A stretch of 64,000 nt of DNA, taken from NCBI GenBank assembly GCA_033764955.1, contig JANRIL010000045.1, forward strand, positions 1 through 64,000. The letters are read 5' to 3'. Shown piece after piece: positions 63,320-64,000 of this stretch. The notes below the pieces were generated by a model. It did not search any database and was not told the DNA's origin. It saw only the letters and a list, made by a program, of their open reading frames with translations. Within the stretch, counting starts at the first letter, position 1, and every line of letters starts with the position of its first letter. Source of the DNA: Cyanobacteriota bacterium. Its GTDB lineage: Bacteria; Cyanobacteriota; Cyanobacteriia; Thermostichales; Thermostichaceae. Both the position numbers and the translations under genes were made by a program.

Positions 63320-63598
63320 CTAGACAACGATAGAGATTGGGGAAGAAAGCAGATCGGGGCCTCCCCAGGCTTCGACTCGGGAGAGGGTATGGGCGGAGAG
63401 GGGATAGAACCGCACCTGATCTTCAACTAGATCAAGACGGGTTTGCAGGCGGCGTTGCAGATCCTTATATTGATCTGGCTCGAGCAGACACTCAAAGACG
63501 CTGTACTGAACCCGTTGCCCGTAGCCCTCTAACAGATCTGAGACCTTCTTGCGCCGTTTATCGTTGGGGATGTCGTAGGCGACTACGTATAGTTGCAT
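63320..63598 (-). CDS. cas2: Cas2
   Basis: YVVAYDIPNDKRRKKV..YGQRVQYSVFEC. Confidence 0.96.
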   Translation of the reverse strand: MQLYVVAYDIPNDKRRKKVSDLLEGYGQRVQYSVFECLLEPDQYKDLQRRLQTRLDLVEDQVRFYPLSAHTLSRVEAWGGPDLLSSPISIVV

Positions 63599-63606
63599 GT
63601 CACACC

Positions 63607-64000
63607 TCAGCGGATCAGATAAGGGGTATAGAACGGCAGTTGGTTCCCTACAAACTGTCGGTAGATCTGCACCTGATGGTTGACGAGCGCCCAGCGGGGG
63701 ATATCCTCCTCAGTGCCTGTCACGGAATCTTTAGGTGGCTGAACAGTATCTTCCATCCGTTGAATGAAGGCTTGCAGAAATTTTGTGCGGCCTGACTGAG
63801 TCAGCAGGCAGCCCTCAACCTCATCGGTGAAATCTTCAAATGGATCCATCACCCCAGTGTTGATCAACCACAACACTAGCGAATCGATGATCGGGGCGCG
63901 GAATTCTTCGATCAAATCGGACGCTAAGCAGGGATGGTTATGGTGGCTGGTGTGCAGGCAGCCTTGGTAAGGATCGAGTCCCTGCAACTCAATAAGCAAC
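63607..64000 (-). CDS. cas1: Cas1, C-terminal part (truncated by the window edge)
   Basis: GLDPYQGCLH..LASDLIEEFRAPIIDS. Confidence 0.92.
   Translation of the reverse strand, partial: LLIELQGLDPYQGCLHTSHHNHPCLASDLIEEFRAPIIDSLVLWLINTGVMDPFEDFTDEVEGCLLTQSGRTKFLQAFIQRMEDTVQPPKDSVTGTEEDIPRWALVNHQVQIYRQFVGNQLPFYTPYLIR

Overview
Chromosomal window from a cyanobacterium; the very frequent GGGATCCC octamer suggests a Thermostichus/hot-spring Synechococcus-type lineage (inference). Core genes (ffh, infB/ylxR, dnaX, class II fba, plsY, comF, clpB, signalling proteins) are interspersed with accessory DNA. (1) Two related, decayed integron platforms (intI remnant + attI) with attC-bounded cassettes lie at ~0.65-2.0 kb and ~18.8-23.0 kb. 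A solitary MazEF-type cassette sits precisely at a GTT inside a dead IS605 tnpB gene (14.15-14.94 kb). (2) An apparent operon at 15.2-18.7 kb encodes a small Gly-terminated protein, a ~400-nt highly structured non-coding region with a tRNA-Leu(CAA)-like module, an AAA+ ATPase and a divergent TROVE/Ro60-like vWA protein; this is the best candidate for an undescribed ribonucleoprotein system. (3) A genomic island bounded by a 3' tRNA-Pro(CGG) fragment at 43.2 kb runs past the window end. It carries an RHH switch module, an 11-repeat CRISPR array (one spacer reads as NblA), a PLD-SNF2 helicase, an N-terminally extended sigma-70 factor, a kinase-WYL protein, a CARF-HEPN effector and a type III-B variant cmr operon with cas2 and cas1. 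All family calls come from motif recognition by eye; no database searches were run.
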